A stretch of 64,000 nt of DNA from Eledone cirrhosa (GCA_964016885.1 CAXHJY010000812.1:1-64000); one strand, 5' to 3'. Counted from the stretch's first letter, positions 32,572-45,935 are shown. The notes: generated from the letters alone by a model not told the origin. A program made the numbers and translations.

Positions 32572-34023
32572 ATGGCTAAAAAGACTCCCATAGGAAGGTG
32601 GATTGGGTGGACCAAAGCTATACGGACCCCCCAAAACACTGATCAGGTAAGAAAAATGGTCGCACATGCAATAGGGGCTAGTATCAAAACTACCCTAAAG
32701 GGCCACATATTTAAGTTCAATGAGAAAATCTACACCCAAAATGAGGGAGCAGCCATCGGCGTCAGCATAGCTGGTGATGTTGCCAACCTTTTCATGGTAT
32801 GGTGGGAAAGGAGACTTAAAGATCTCCTTAATGAAAGCTCCATAGACCTCATCATGTACTCTCGTTATGTAGACGATATCAATATAGTTATAAGAACACC
32901 CCCACTAGAGAGCACTAACAAGTTTGATTTAGAACGTAGCACGATGGAAAGCATCCAGCAGATAGCTAATTCCATACACCAGAGTATAACTGTAACTATA
33001 GACTTCCCTTCCAAACACCCTAACAATAGACTACCTGTATTAGACACAGAACTCTGGATTAACACTATAGACGAGAGAGCCCAAATTCTCCACTCACACT
33101 ATGCTAAACCCATGGCCTCCAAATACCTGATACTCAAAAACTCAGCAATGTCCAGTAGTGCTAAGTTTAATATTCTGATCGCAGATTTGGTACGAGTGAT
33201 GAAGAATGTGTCCAGCATGTGCGACCCAACAGAAATGGAAGGACACATCCAACACTTCATCAATCGCATGCAGTTCTCTGGCTACAACCAAAGAGACAGA
33301 GTCAGAGTATACGAAGGAGCCATGGAAAAGTATAAGACCCTCATAGAACTGGACATGAAAGGAATTTGCCCACTATACAGAAGCAAATCATGGAATAGCT
33401 TAGATAGGGCTAGACATAAGATAGGGAAGGCCACATCATGGTACGACAACCAGAGATATCAGAGTGTCATGTTTGTGGACGCCACCCCTGGAGGGAAATT
33501 AGCTAACCAGTGTAGAAAGGCCCTGAGAAAGACCCACTTAAAAATAAAGGTGGTAGAAAAGCCAGGAACCACCATAAAATCCCTGATCAGCAAAATCTAC
33601 CCTTTTAAGAAAACCCACTGTAACAATAGGAAATGTATCATATGTAAGGTGAACCCCCGGATAAACTGTAAAACTAGAAACGTAGTCTATAGCATAAGAT
33701 GTACAGAGGGTACTTGCAGAAACATGACAACAACATACATAGGTGAGACAGCTCGTAGCATAGGTGAAAGGATAGACCAACACTGGGGGGAACTAAAAGG
33801 ACGAAAAAACGGGTCAGTACTATACGAACATGCTAGACAACAACATGACGGTAACATAGACAACATAGAAATTAGAATAATATCTAAACATAGGAATGAC
33901 CCAGCAGATAGGCAAATCAGAGAGGCCAGTGAAATAGAAATTAGAAGACCAAAGCTAAACAGAAAGAATGAGTGGAACAACAACAACACCCAAACACACA
34001 ACACTGACCTAAGAGAAGTATAA
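32572..34023 (+). CDS. PLE reverse transcriptase (C-half) + GIY-YIG endonuclease (Nematis-like by motif recall)
   Basis: YTQNEGAAIG, RYVDD, LPVLD, SVMFVDATPGG, C..C.IC..C, VVYSIRC, YIGETARS, RQIREA, LNRKNEW; stop-free. The first ~26 codons of the listed ORF come from the inverted arm. Confidence 0.92.
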   Translation: MAKKTPIGRWIGWTKAIRTPQNTDQVRKMVAHAIGASIKTTLKGHIFKFNEKIYTQNEGAAIGVSIAGDVANLFMVWWERRLKDLLNESSIDLIMYSRYVDDINIVIRTPPLESTNKFDLERSTMESIQQIANSIHQSITVTIDFPSKHPNNRLPVLDTELWINTIDERAQILHSHYAKPMASKYLILKNSAMSSSAKFNILIADLVRVMKNVSSMCDPTEMEGHIQHFINRMQFSGYNQRDRVRVYEGAMEKYKTLIELDMKGICPLYRSKSWNSLDRARHKIGKATSWYDNQRYQSVMFVDATPGGKLANQCRKALRKTHLKIKVVEKPGTTIKSLISKIYPFKKTHCNNRKCIICKVNPRINCKTRNVVYSIRCTEGTCRNMTTTYIGETARSIGERIDQHWGELKGRKNGSVLYEHARQQHDGNIDNIEIRIISKHRNDPADRQIREASEIEIRRPKLNRKNEWNNNNTQTHNTDLREV

Positions 34024-34299
34024 ATAAGTAAATAAAATTAAATAAAATAAGATAAATAAATACATACACAAGCACATAAACACACACTAGTCACCCAGCA
34101 GATACAACACTATACACACTAGTCACACATCACACATAACACTATACACACACGCAAACGCATGCGCAAAGAAGACAAAATAAAATAAGATAAACAAACA
34201 AGCAAATAAATAAATAAATATATAGACAGACTGAACAAAAAAAAAAAAAAAAAATGGCGTAGACATACAACACAACACAACAGGAGGAACAATGAATAT

Positions 34300-34345
34300 A
34301 ACACCACTGACGATGTTGCAGATGTGCAACGAAAGATTTATGTAA
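34300..34345 (+). ncRNA. Hammerhead-like motif in PLE pseudo-LTR (family H3)
   Basis: CTGACGA-T-GTTGCA(GATG)TGCAAC-GAAA-GATT-TA; core and stem II are good, stem I is weak. Mirrored at 32240-32286 (-) and about 35890-35935 (-). Confidence 0.5.
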
Positions 34346-34722
34346 ATTATGTAAACTATATATATGTGTTTGTGTCTATATTGTATCTGTATTATTTTTG
34401 ACCGCCGGTCAGTCAATGGCAACATTGAGGACCGAGTAAGTTAGATCGCAGATATATATATATAAAAGACAGCGAGAAGCGAAAACCAACCAAACAGTGA
34501 GTGTGTTCTGTTATTAATTCTGGCAATATTACGCAAATATGACCCTCCCCAAATATAACAACATATATATATATATATACATATATATACATATATATAT
34601 ATAGATATACATATATATATATATACATATACATATACATATATACATATACATATACATATATATATACACATATACATATATATGTATATATATACAT
34701 ATATATATACATATACATATAT

Positions 34723-34757
<35 letters not shown>

Positions 34758-35272
34758 TATATACATATATATATACATATATATATACATATATATACAT
34801 ATATATATACATATATATATACATATATATATACACATATATATACACATATATACATATATATATACATATATATATACATATATATACACATATATAT
34901 ACACATATATATACATATATATACATATATATACATATATATACATATATATATACATATATATACACATATATATACATATATATACACATATATATAC
35001 ATATACATACATATATATATACAAATATATATACATATATATATACATATATATATACATATATATACAAATATATATACATATATATACATATATATAT
35101 ATACATCCATATATATATATACATACATATATATATATACATACATATATATTTATACATACATATATATATATACATACATATATATTTATACATACAT
35201 ATATATATATACATACATATATATACGTATATATTTAGATATATATATATACATATATACATATATATATAT

Positions 35273-35310
<38 letters not shown>

Positions 35311-35618
35311 ATATATATATATATACACATATATATATATATATACACATACATATATATATATATATACACACATATATATATATATATACACACATAT
35401 ATATACACATATATATATATATACACATATATATATATATATACACATATATATACACATATATATATATACATACACATATATATATACACATATATAT
35501 ATACACATATATATATATACACATACATATATATATATACATATATATATACATACATATATACATATACACATACATATATATATATACATATATATAT
35601 ACATACATATATATATAT

Positions 35619-35681
<63 letters not shown>

Positions 35682-35701
35682 TATACATATATATATATAT
35701 A

Positions 35702-35985
35702 TGGGGAGTGTCACTTTGTGTAATAATATTGCCAGAATTAATAACAGAACACACTCACTGTTTTGTTGGTTTTCGCTTCTGTGTTTTTATATCGGTTAAT
35801 TTAATTTATTCGGCCCTCAATATTATCATTGACTGACCAACGGTCAAAAATAAAGATACAATATAGTCATAAACACATATATATAGCCTAACAAATTTCT
35901 TTCGTTGCACATCTACAACATCGTCAGTGATGTTATTATGTTTCCTCCTGTTGCATTGTATGCCTACGCCATTTTTATTTAGTCT
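35702..35985 (-). mobile_element. Diverged solo pseudo-LTR of the 32-kb PLE family
   Basis: Homologous to about 32035-32330 (GCCAGAATTAATAACAGAACACACTCACTG; CTTTCGTTGCACATCT.CAACATCGTCAGT). Confidence 0.8.
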
Positions 35986-36034
<49 letters not shown>

Positions 36035-36097
36035 TATATATATATACACATATATAAATACTTATATATATTTTATTTGTATATATAAATATATGTG

Positions 36098-36142
<45 letters not shown>

Positions 36143-36230
36143 TGTCTATGTATGTATAAATATGTCTATATATAAATATATGTCTATGTCTATATGTATA
36201 TATAAGTATATGTGTATATATATTTATGTA

Positions 36231-36277
<47 letters not shown>

Positions 36278-37239
36278 GTATTTATATATATATATTATAT
36301 ATATATAAATATGTATATATATATATATTTATATTTGTATATCTCTCTCTCTCTGTATGTATATATATTCATATATTTATATATTTATTCCTACTTCTGT
36401 GTGTCGAAAAATGGCGTGTGTAGACAAGGTTAAGTTACCCCAATGTGGCTAGAATATATTAGCAAGTTAATTCAACACAGTTGGTGTTGATTATAAATAT
36501 AATGCCGGAATAGACGAAAGGAATTATTTCCAGAAATCTAATATAGTTATTTATTTATTTATCCCTACGTCAATTTATACAAATAGAAATTTGTCATTTC
36601 AACACGAATAGATTTGTAAATGGCAAATAGTTTCCTGTATTGACTTATCAGAACATTAATAAATTATTGATTTTAATATTTTAAGCACACGGTCTGTAAA
36701 TCCCAAAGGAGTGGAAGCGACCAGAGTTTGTGGGTTGATATTAATTTTTATGGATTATAAAGTTGATTAACTGTTCCCGTGTACGTTACGTATACTGTAG
36801 TTTATTGAGCATCAGAAGATTGAAAGGCAATATTGACCCTTATCTTGGCGTAGTTTGGAAACCAGAAGAAACATAGGAAATGCCAGCACTGTAGAATATT
36901 ATAGTTTTTGTGTACGCAGACGTGTGGGTGTTTATGTGTGTGTTTGCTTGTGTATATGTGTAATTTTGTGTGTGCGATTGCAACTTTGAACATGTATGGA
37001 AACCTGCCAACCTGTAAAACCCCAAACTGGTAGAACCATGAAAAAAAGAGACCAAACTAGGGAGAAATGTAGAGATTTTACATAATGAACGCTATATCCT
37101 TTCCCAAATAAATGAGGAAACGAGGAGAAATGAGTCCAAACGGGGGAGATCTCTCCCTGTTTGACAGGGAGAGTTGATAGGTCTGTGTATGTCGACATAC
37201 TAGGAGGCAAACCACGCATGGCTATTTAAAGTCTGTTCT

Positions 37240-37470
37240 AAGCCGTTGGCTCACCAGGATGCTGCTTGCTTATCCCCGGTTTTCTTGGCATTATGTGACT
37301 AAGAGTACAAGACTCTCTGGACATAACGCTGGTCTATCGTAGGATTAACTACCTAGTTACTATTGGTCCTTACTCACAGTTGAGTGTACTGAAGCAACGT
37401 GAAATTATAGTCAGTTACACAAAACCACTAAGTAGAACTCTATACAGGAATTGAACAGACGATATTAATA
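37240..37470 (-). mobile_element. Degenerate SINE with L2-type tail
   Basis: GCTTATCCCCGGTTTTC..GACTAAGAGTA..GCTGGTCTATCGTAGG..CAGGAATTGAAC resembles reversed metazoan SINE2 elements (recall). Confidence 0.45.
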
Positions 37471-38127
37471 TCATATAATCATATATGTTTTTTTTTAAAA
37501 ACAATTGACAAGATCCCAGCCTTCATTCGCTTACTGAGTGGAGTGAAACTCGTAAAATCACCCCAGAAGTTCCATTGGACTTTCCATTGCTGATACTGTC
37601 TACAAGTCGCATCACCTGGCAGAATAACCACGTATAGAGCTCGTTATCACGTGACAACATCACTGATGACGTTGCTCAATCATGGCCGCAGTCTACACAA
37701 TGAATTATATCTGTAAAAACATGACAAAAACACAAAGATTTTCAAGAATAGATTAAAAACCTGCATTAAGGAATTAATCGCTTTAATTTCATCCAATTAT
37801 ACTCTAATATACTGAGCACATGATTAATGTTCATGAAAGGAATACAATTTTTGGACAGTTTAATTAATTTAGGAATTTAATTCCAATAAAATGAAGTTTA
37901 TAAAGTAATTTTTTTCATAGCATTGCTGTGAAACTAATAAGAATATCATAATGAATAAAATTGAGTTAGGAAACATAATAAATCTTGAGGCGCATTCATC
38001 AAGCGTTTGTGAGTAGATTTTGAGGAAGCTGTGAGAAGCAAGTACTACATTAAAGACAGGCTTAGACACCGTCGTCCTGCGTTGCTGTTACCGTCAGATC
38101 TTTTTCTACTTTTCATCAAGATATGGA

Positions 38128-38159
<32 letters not shown>

Positions 38160-38261
38160 CATATACTCACATAGAAATATATATATGTACACTATCACAC
38201 ATATATTTATATATATATATACGATATTAACGAATGGAAACTATATTTATAAAACCATATT

Positions 38262-38326
38262 TATTTCATTATACATATTTCAAGGACACCAAGTTAAATT
38301 ATGGTGTGCTTTCATCAGATAAAATA
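38262..38326 (-). ncRNA. Minimal type I hammerhead ribozyme motif (H1)
   Basis: Minus strand TATTTTAT-CTGATGA-AAGCACACCA(TAATTTAACT)TGGTGTCCTT-GAAA-TATGTA-TA-ATGAAATA. Confidence 0.88.
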
Positions 38327-38502
38327 TAATATAGAGCAGTTTTATAAATAAATATTGACATACCCTTAAAGAATGCAACCGTTACTGTTGGAAGCTCCTG
38401 GATAGTTAATATCGTATTTTTACTCCAATTATTTGTTGAGTGCTTTATATCAGTTATAAAAATATTTGCTTGTTGTATCCCAACAATTTAAATAGAACTT
38501 TT

Positions 38503-38545
<43 letters not shown>

Positions 38546-38690
38546 ATAAAAATACTTGAGTGCATTAGAGTTAAACACACTCGTCGTATTAGAGAAATGA
38601 CAGTATAAGATATAGCTCAATGTTATCCAACAGAGCCGAAAAATTATATAAAAATAAACAAAGAAGCCTCAATTCATCAAAAATCTTTAT

Positions 38691-38735
38691 TTGCTAACAA
38701 TGTTTCGTCCCATTAATAAAGACTCATCAGAGCAA
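38691..38735 (-). ncRNA. Minimal type I hammerhead ribozyme motif (H4)
   Basis: Minus strand TTGCT-CTGATGA-GTC..GAC-GAAA-CATTG-TT-AGCAA; GUU cleavage triplet. Confidence 0.88.
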
Positions 38736-38905
38736 GGAAAAAGACAAGAAGTATTAACAGCCAGAACAAGCCAAAACTCGGAAGAACAGCTAATATATAT
38801 ATATATATATATAAGACGTAAAATAATGCTGGCATTAGCGTACATCTGTGCGCTTATGTTAGTAGATATATTAAATTATCTATATATATATATATATATA
38901 TATAT

Positions 38906-39118
38906 AACGAAGGAAATGTGGCAAGGGACCAAATGGACCATAACGCACCAAAGTACTCAATATTTAGGGTAGTAGAGTGGGGAATAGGAATAAGTAAGAC
39001 CCCGACGGTTGAGCTCAAGCCGTTTCGACGGCTAATTCTGGACTTTTTTTTTTTTTTAGTCCAGAATTAGCCGTCAAAACGGCTAGAGCTCAGCCATCGG
39101 GGTCCAACTTGTTCCTAT
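38906..39118. repeat. Hairpin-ended dispersed element, copy 3
   Basis: Homologous to 14296 and 18271; fold-back at about 38985-39118 with a poly-T loop. Confidence 0.85.
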
Positions 39119-39269
39119 ATGTATATACTGCACGATTAATCCTGTTGAAACGTTGCTCTTCCGAGTCTATACACCACACGCCCAACCCGCCACCGTTCCC
39201 CACAAAATAATAATCTAGAGCAGCCCTCCTACCCACCACGCCCCCTGCACACACACACATTCATCCAAC

Positions 39270-40320
39270 CACATGCGCACACAGACACGCATATATACAT
39301 AAATACACATGCGTACACATGCATACACGCATATCCACATACATGCACATGCGCACACACAGTCACGCACATATACATGCATACATATGCGCACACATAC
39401 ACGCATATACACATACATACACACGCGTATACACATACACATACACGCATATACACATACACAGACACGCATATACATATACATACAGGCGCACACAGAC
39501 ACGCATCTACATATACATACAAGCGCACACAGACACGCATATACACATACATACAGGCGCACACATACATGCATATACATATACATACAGGCGCACACAG
39601 ACACGCATCTACATATACATACAAGCGCACACAGACACGCATATACACATACATACAGGCGCACACAGACACGCATATACATATACATACACATGCACAC
39701 ACAGACTCGCATATACACATACATACATGCGCACACATACACACATATACACATATATACAGGCGCACACGGACTCACATATACACATACATACAGGCGC
39801 ACACAGACACGCATATACACATATATACAGGCGCACACAGACACGCATATACACATACATACAGGCGCACACAGACACGCATATACACATACATACACAT
39901 GCACACACAGACTCGCATATACACATACATACATGCGCACACATACACACATATACACATATATACAGGCGCACACGGACTCACATATACACATATATAC
40001 AGGCGCACACGGACTCACATATACACATACATACAGGCGCACACAGACACGCATATACACATATATACAGGCGCACACAGACACGCATATACACATACAT
40101 ACAGGCGCACACAGACACGCATATACACATACATACAGGCGCACACAGACACGCATATACACATATATACAGGCGCACACTGACTCACATATACACATAC
40201 ATAGACGAGCACACACAAACTCGCATATACACATACATACATGCGCACACATACACGCATATACACATACATACAGGCGCACACAGACTCATATATACAC
40301 ATACATACACATGCACACAC
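39270..40320. repeat. 34-bp CA-rich minisatellite
   Basis: Unit ACACAGACACGCATATACACATACATACAGGCGC and variants. Confidence 0.9.
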
Positions 40321-40417
40321 AACGGTATTTTCATTGTTATGAACGAAATACTTTGATTAAGCAGACACTGGAAGGAAATGAAAATATAACTCAATCAACT
40401 TCATGAATTGAAACAAC

Positions 40418-43085
40418 CATCATCATCATCATCATCATCCCCTGTGAAAGCTTTGTTCTTCTTCTTCTCCCTGGGAGTGTCGTGGAGGCAGAGTCGTAGG
40501 GGCAGATTTTCGTGGGGGCAGAGTGTCGTGGGGCCAGAGTCCTCAAACACTCCTTCCTGTTGGTCCTGTCATCAGCAACTATTTCCAACTGATCCGGTTG
40601 GATCCCAAAGCGAGACCAGCCAAGCTCATGGATGTTATCCAACAATATTGCTCGGGGTCTACCCCCCAAGTCTCCTGCAGGTTGGTTTTGCCCGTACACA
40701 TCTCTCCAGCGATACTTCCTTACACAATCTAACAACATGCTCATAGTATCAGAGCTGTGATTTCTCAATTCAGAGATTCTTTCCTGAGACAATCTAACCA
40801 CATGCTCCTAGTATCAGAGCTGTGATTTCTCAATTCAGAGATTCTTTCCTGAGACATTATAACCATATGCTCCTAGTATCGGAGCTGTAATCTCTCAATT
40901 CAGAGATTATTTCCTGAGGCATTCTAACCACATGCACATAGTATCGGAGCTGTGATCTCTCAATTCAGAGATTCTTTCCTTAGACATTATAACCATATGC
41001 TCATAGTATCAGAGCTGTGATTTCTCAATTCAGAGATTATTTCCTGAGGCATTCTAACCACATGCACATAGTATCGGAGCTGTGATCTCTCAATTCAGAG
41101 ATTCTTTCCTTAGACATTATAACCATATGCTCATAGTATCAGAGCTGTGATTTCTCAATTCAGAGATTCTTTCCTGAGACAATCTAACCACATGCTCCTA
41201 GTATCAGAGCTGTGATTTCTCAATTCAGAGATTCTTTCCTGAGACAATCTAACCACATGCTCATAGTATCAGAGCTGTGATTTCTCAATTCAGAGATTCT
41301 TTCCTGAGACAATCTAACCACATGCTCATAGTATCAGAGCTGTGATTTCTCAATTCAGAGATTCTTTCCTGAGACAATCTAACCACATGCTCCTAGTATC
41401 AGAGCTGTGATTTCTCAATTCAGAGATTCTTTCCTGAGACAATCTAACCACATGCTCATAGTATCAGAGCTGTGATTTCTCAATTCAGAGATTCTTTCCT
41501 GAGACAATCTAACCACATGCTCATAGTATCAGAGCTGTGATTTCTCAATTCAGAGATTCTTTCCTGAGACATTATAACCATATGCTCATAGTATCAGAGC
41601 TGTGATTTCTCAATTCAGAGATTCTTTCCTGAGACAATCTAACCACATGCTCCTAGTATCGGAGCTGTGATCTCTCAATTCAGAGATTCTTTCCTGAGAC
41701 ATTATAACCATATGCTCCTAGTATCGGAGCTGTAATCTCTCAATTCAGAGATTATTTCCTGAGGCATTCTAACCACATGCACATAGTATCAGAGAAGTGA
41801 TCTCTCAATTCATAGATTCTTTCCTGAGACATTATAACCATATGCTCATAGTATCGGAGCTGTGATCTCTCAATTCAGAGATTCTTTCCTTAGACATTAT
41901 AACCATATGCTCATAGTATCAGAGCTGTGATTTCTCAATTCAGAGATTCTTTCCTGAGACAATCTAACCACATGCTCCTAGTATCAGAGCTGTGATTTCT
42001 CAATTCAGAGATTCTTTCCTGAGACAATCTAACCACATGCTCATAGTATCAGAGCTGTGATTTCTCAATTCAGAGATTCTTTCCTGAGACAATCTAACCA
42101 CATGCTCATAGTATCAGAGCTGTGATTTCTCAATTCAGAGATTCTTTCCTGAGACATTATAACCATATGCTCATAGTATCAGAGCTGTGATTTCTCAATT
42201 CAGAGATTCTTTCCTGAGACAATCTAACCACATGCTCCTAGTATCGGAGCTGTGATTTCTCAATTCAGAGATTCTTTCCTGAGACATTATAACCATATGC
42301 TCATAGTATCAGAGCTGTGATTTCTCAATTCAAAGATTATTTCCTGAGGCATTCTAACCACATGCTCATAGTATCAGAGCTGTGATTTCTTAATTCAGTG
42401 ATTATTTCCTGAGGCATTCTAACCACATGCTCATAGTATCAGAGCTGTGATTTCTCAAATCAGTGATTCTTTCCTGAGACAATCTAACCACATGCTCATA
42501 GTATCGGAGCTGTGATTTCTCAATTCAGAGATTCTTTCCTGAGACATTATAACCATATGCTCATAGTATCAGAGCTGTGATTTCTCAATTCAGAGATTAT
42601 TTCCTGAGGCATTCTAACCACATGCTCATAGTATCAGAGCTGTGATTTCTTAATTCAGTGATTATTTCCTGAGGCATTCTAACCACATGCTCATAGTATC
42701 AGAGCTGTGATTTCTCAAATCAGTGATTCTTTCCTGAGACAATCTAACCACATGCTCATAGTATCGGAACTGTTATCTCTCAATTCAGAGATTCTTTCCT
42801 GAGACATTCTAACCACACGCATATAGTATCAGAGCTCTGATCTCTCAATTCAGAGATTCTTTCCTGGGACATTCTAACCACATGTTCATGATATCAGAGC
42901 TGTGATCTCTCAATTTAAAAATTCTTTCCCGAGACATTCTAACCACATGTCCATAGTATTAGAGCTGTGATCTCTCAATTCAGAGAAGTAGAGGCTCCAC
43001 TTGGAGTGACTCTCTGATCTCCGAGCTACACACTCAATCGTGTAACGTTACTCTACAGACTTTTCGGAGGAACCCTATTTCGGTA
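40418..43085 (-). mobile_element. Rex3/Expander-like RTE 3' fragment containing an internal satellite expansion
   Basis: Minus strand FLRKVCRVTLHD*VCSSEIRESLQVEPLLL*IERSQL*YYGHVVRMSRER (about 43075-42925), then the array, then GRPRAILLDNIHELGWSRFGIQPDQLEIVADDR..LAPR and a (GAT)n tail. Confidence 0.85.
40726..42986. repeat. 65-bp tandem satellite, ~35 copies
   Basis: Unit AATCTAACCACATGCTCATAGTATCAGAGCTGTGATTTCTCAATTCAGAGATTCTTTCCTGAGAC (starts at 41181, 41246, 41311). Confidence 0.97.
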
Positions 43086-43439
43086 GCTTCTATTCAGCCA
43101 CAAAAATAAAATTACTCTAAGCCGTCCAGAACAACGACAGCACCAACAACACCATCACCACATCACCTCCACCACAACAACATCAGCAACATCACCACCA
43201 CCACAACAACAATAACAACACAACAACATCAACAACACAACACAACTAATAATTACCAATATCTTCGTCTGGATTATATTTTGTTCGCTAATCTGTTGAA
43301 GAATTTTTCCACTTAGTTATGGCAATTTGCAACAGTCGAATGGATTCTAGAAGTACCAAGCCTATTATCAAACATTATATTGCTACAACAAATCTTATTA
43401 TATCTCTGTTCAGTGGACACATACCGTTATTTTCTTTCC

Positions 43440-43625
43440 ACGGTGAATTGGCAGTATATGTAGAGAGTCGGACGCTATACTTGGAAGCATAGAGTTACGT
43501 GCCATTATGTTCTGAGTTCAAATCCCCACGCGGTTAACTTTGTCTTTCATCCTTACGGGGTCGATAAACTAAAGTACCAGTAATACACTGGATTATTGAT
43601 GGCCTTGTGCCAAACGTAGAAAATG
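43440..43625 (+). mobile_element. tRNA-derived SINE
   Basis: Same family as 3510/3726. Confidence 0.8.
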
Positions 43626-43639
43626 ATATTGCTACAAAT

Positions 43640-44550
43640 CTTATATCTCTGTTCAGTGGACACATGCCATTATTTTCTTACCACCAATATTATATGGTCA
43701 AAACCACCAATTCTTATGGTCAGAACCACCAATTCTATATGGCCGGAACCGTTCTCTGTACCCTGGACACCTACCATTATTTTCTCCCCACCAATTCTAT
43801 ATGGTCAGAACCGTTCTCTGTTCCCTGGACACCTACCATTATTTTCTCCCCACCAATTCTATATGGTCAGAACCGTTTTCTGTTCACTGGACACATACCA
43901 TTATTTTCTCCCCACCAATTCTATATGCTCAGAACCGTTCTCTGTTCCCTGGACACATACCATTATTTTCTCCCCACCAATTCTATATGCTCAGAATCGT
44001 TCTCTGTTCACTGGACACACCATTATTTCCTCCCCACCAATTCTATATGGTCAGAATCGTTCTCTGTTCACTGGACACATACCATTATTTTCTCCCCACC
44101 AATTTTATATGGTCATAACCGTTCTCTGTTCCCTGGACACATACCATTATTTCCTCCCCACCAATTCTATATGGTCAGAATCGTTCTCTGTTCACTGGAC
44201 ACATACCATTATTTCCTCCCCACCAATTCTATATGGTCAGAACCGTTCTCTGTTCCCTGGACACATACCGTTATTTCCTCCCCACCAATTCTATATGGTC
44301 AGATCCGTTCTCTGTTCCCTGGACACATACCATTATTTCCTCCCCACCAGTTCTATATGGTCAGAACCGTTCTCTGTTCACTGGACAATACCATTATTTT
44401 CTCCCCACCAATTCTATATGGTCAGAACCGTTCTCTGTTCACTGGACACATACCATTATTTCCTCCCCACCAATACTATATGGTCAGAACCGTTCTCTGT
44501 TCACTGGACACATACCATTATTTCCTCCCCACCAATTCTATATGGTCAGA
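43640..44550. repeat. 62-bp minisatellite, ~14 copies
   Basis: Unit GGTCAGAACCGTTCTCTGTTC(A/C)CTGGACACATACCATTATTT(T/C)CTCCCCACCAATTCTATAT. Confidence 0.95.
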
Positions 44551-44552
44551 AT

Positions 44553-44745
44553 AATTGTTTTTACATTTGGCACAAGGCCATCAATTACCCAGTACATTAC
44601 TGGTACTTTATTTTATCGACCCCCGTAAGGATGAAAGGCAAAGTTAACCTCGGCGGGATTTGAACTCAGACCGCAAAGGGACGTAACTATGCTGGAAAGC
44701 ATGGCGTCCGACCCTCTAACGATACTGCCAATCCACCGCCCTAAC
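44553..44745 (-). mobile_element. tRNA-derived SINE
   Basis: Reverse-complement copy of the same family. Confidence 0.85.
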
Positions 44746-45547
44746 AGAATAATATTGGCCAGAAATAGCATCAAATTCTTTTCTTGATACAATTAAACCA
44801 ATAAACTCTGTCTCCGAATTTTCTTCTTCTTTTTTTCATCTTGTCCGTGTTCATTGCTTGTCCGTGTTATTTGCTTGTTCATGTTCTTCTTTCCTTCCTT
44901 TTACTTCTTCTTTGCACCCTCCTTTAATTTCATCTTCTTTGCTGTCTCCCTCTTCGCCTTCTCCTCCTTCTCCATCTCCTTTTTTGCCTTCTTCTTCGCC
45001 TTCTCTTTCTCCTTCTTCTTTGTCTTCTCATTCTCCTCCTTCGCTTTCTTCTTCCTCGCCTTCTTCCCATTTTCCTTCTACTACAACTACTACTACTACT
45101 ACTTCGTTTTCTTGTTGCTGACAGAAAGGAAGTGATGGCGGTGGTGTTGGTTGTTGTTGGTGCTGGGAGGTCCATGATGGCGGTGGTGTTGGTGGTGGTG
45201 ATGGTGGGAGGTCCATGATGGCGGTGGTGTTGGCGGGAGTGTCCATGACGGCGGCAGTGTTGGTGGTGGCGGGAGGTCCATGATAGCGGGCGGCAGTATT
45301 GGTGGTGCTGGTTGTTGGTGGTGCTGCGAGGTCCACGATGGCGGTGGTGTTGGTGGTGTTGGCGGGAGGTCTATGATGATGGGGGTGTTGGTTGTTGGTG
45401 GTGCTGGGAGGTGGATGATGGTGGTGGTGAGGGTTGATGGTTGCTGGTGGTGCTGGAATTTCGACGAGCGTGGTGAGGTTTGGATTCCACTGTAGCAGAA
45501 TTGGACAACTAAGAAAGTGCTACAATTAAGATCTGGTTAATCTAAAC

Positions 45548-45935
45548 CAGTCATGGGCCACCTGTGGCCCGCGAAGCTTTCTGAATGGCTCGCGTAAGTC
45601 ACCTAAGTGAAATCTTTCTGATTTTTTACCCCAACTTTTAACCAGTCATGGGCAACCTGCGGCCCGCGAAGTTTTCAGACTGGCTCGCCTAAGTCACCTA
45701 AGTGAAATCTTTCTGATTATTTTTACCCCAACTTTCCAGTCGTAATTTATTTTTCTATCATTTTTACGATCGAAGAAACCAACGTGTACGAATTCTGAAG
45801 AAACAAATAAAAAAAACAACCTGAGTTACCGCCCTTTTTAAATGTGGGCATGAATTTAAATTAGCACTTCCGGCCCGCTTGATGATGAGCCATATTTCGT
45901 GAGACCAACTTCTCGAGAAAGCTTGCCCGTGCCTG
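45548..45935. mobile_element. hAT (Charlie/Buster-type) MITE
   Basis: Imperfect TIRs CAGTCATGGGC.. and ..TTGCCCGTGCCTG; identical 8-bp TSD ATCTAAAC (45540-45547 and 45936-45943); subterminal GGCCCGC motifs. Confidence 0.85.

Larger units (their letters stand above)
32025..34561 (+). mobile_element. 5'-truncated Penelope-like element with ~550-bp inverted pseudo-LTR
   Basis: Arms 32025-32571 and 34010-34561 are near-identical reverse complements around an RT + GIY-YIG ORF. Confidence 0.92.

Noticed and set aside
37655-37700. CTGATGA motif
   Set aside because: No stem II followed by GAAA downstream.
39215-40406. His/Thr or Cys/Val-rich ORFs
   Set aside because: Translations of the 34-bp CA-rich minisatellite.
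40726-44550. CRISPR-like regular arrays
   Set aside because: Head-to-tail tandem units without unique spacers; eukaryotic context and no cas genes.
43607-44663. 315-346 aa ORFs
   Set aside because: Three-frame read-through of a 62-bp minisatellite whose unit is not a multiple of 3.
44820-45480. Low-complexity Glu/Arg or Pro/Thr-rich ORFs
   Set aside because: Degenerate CTT and GGT repeats with no domain signal.
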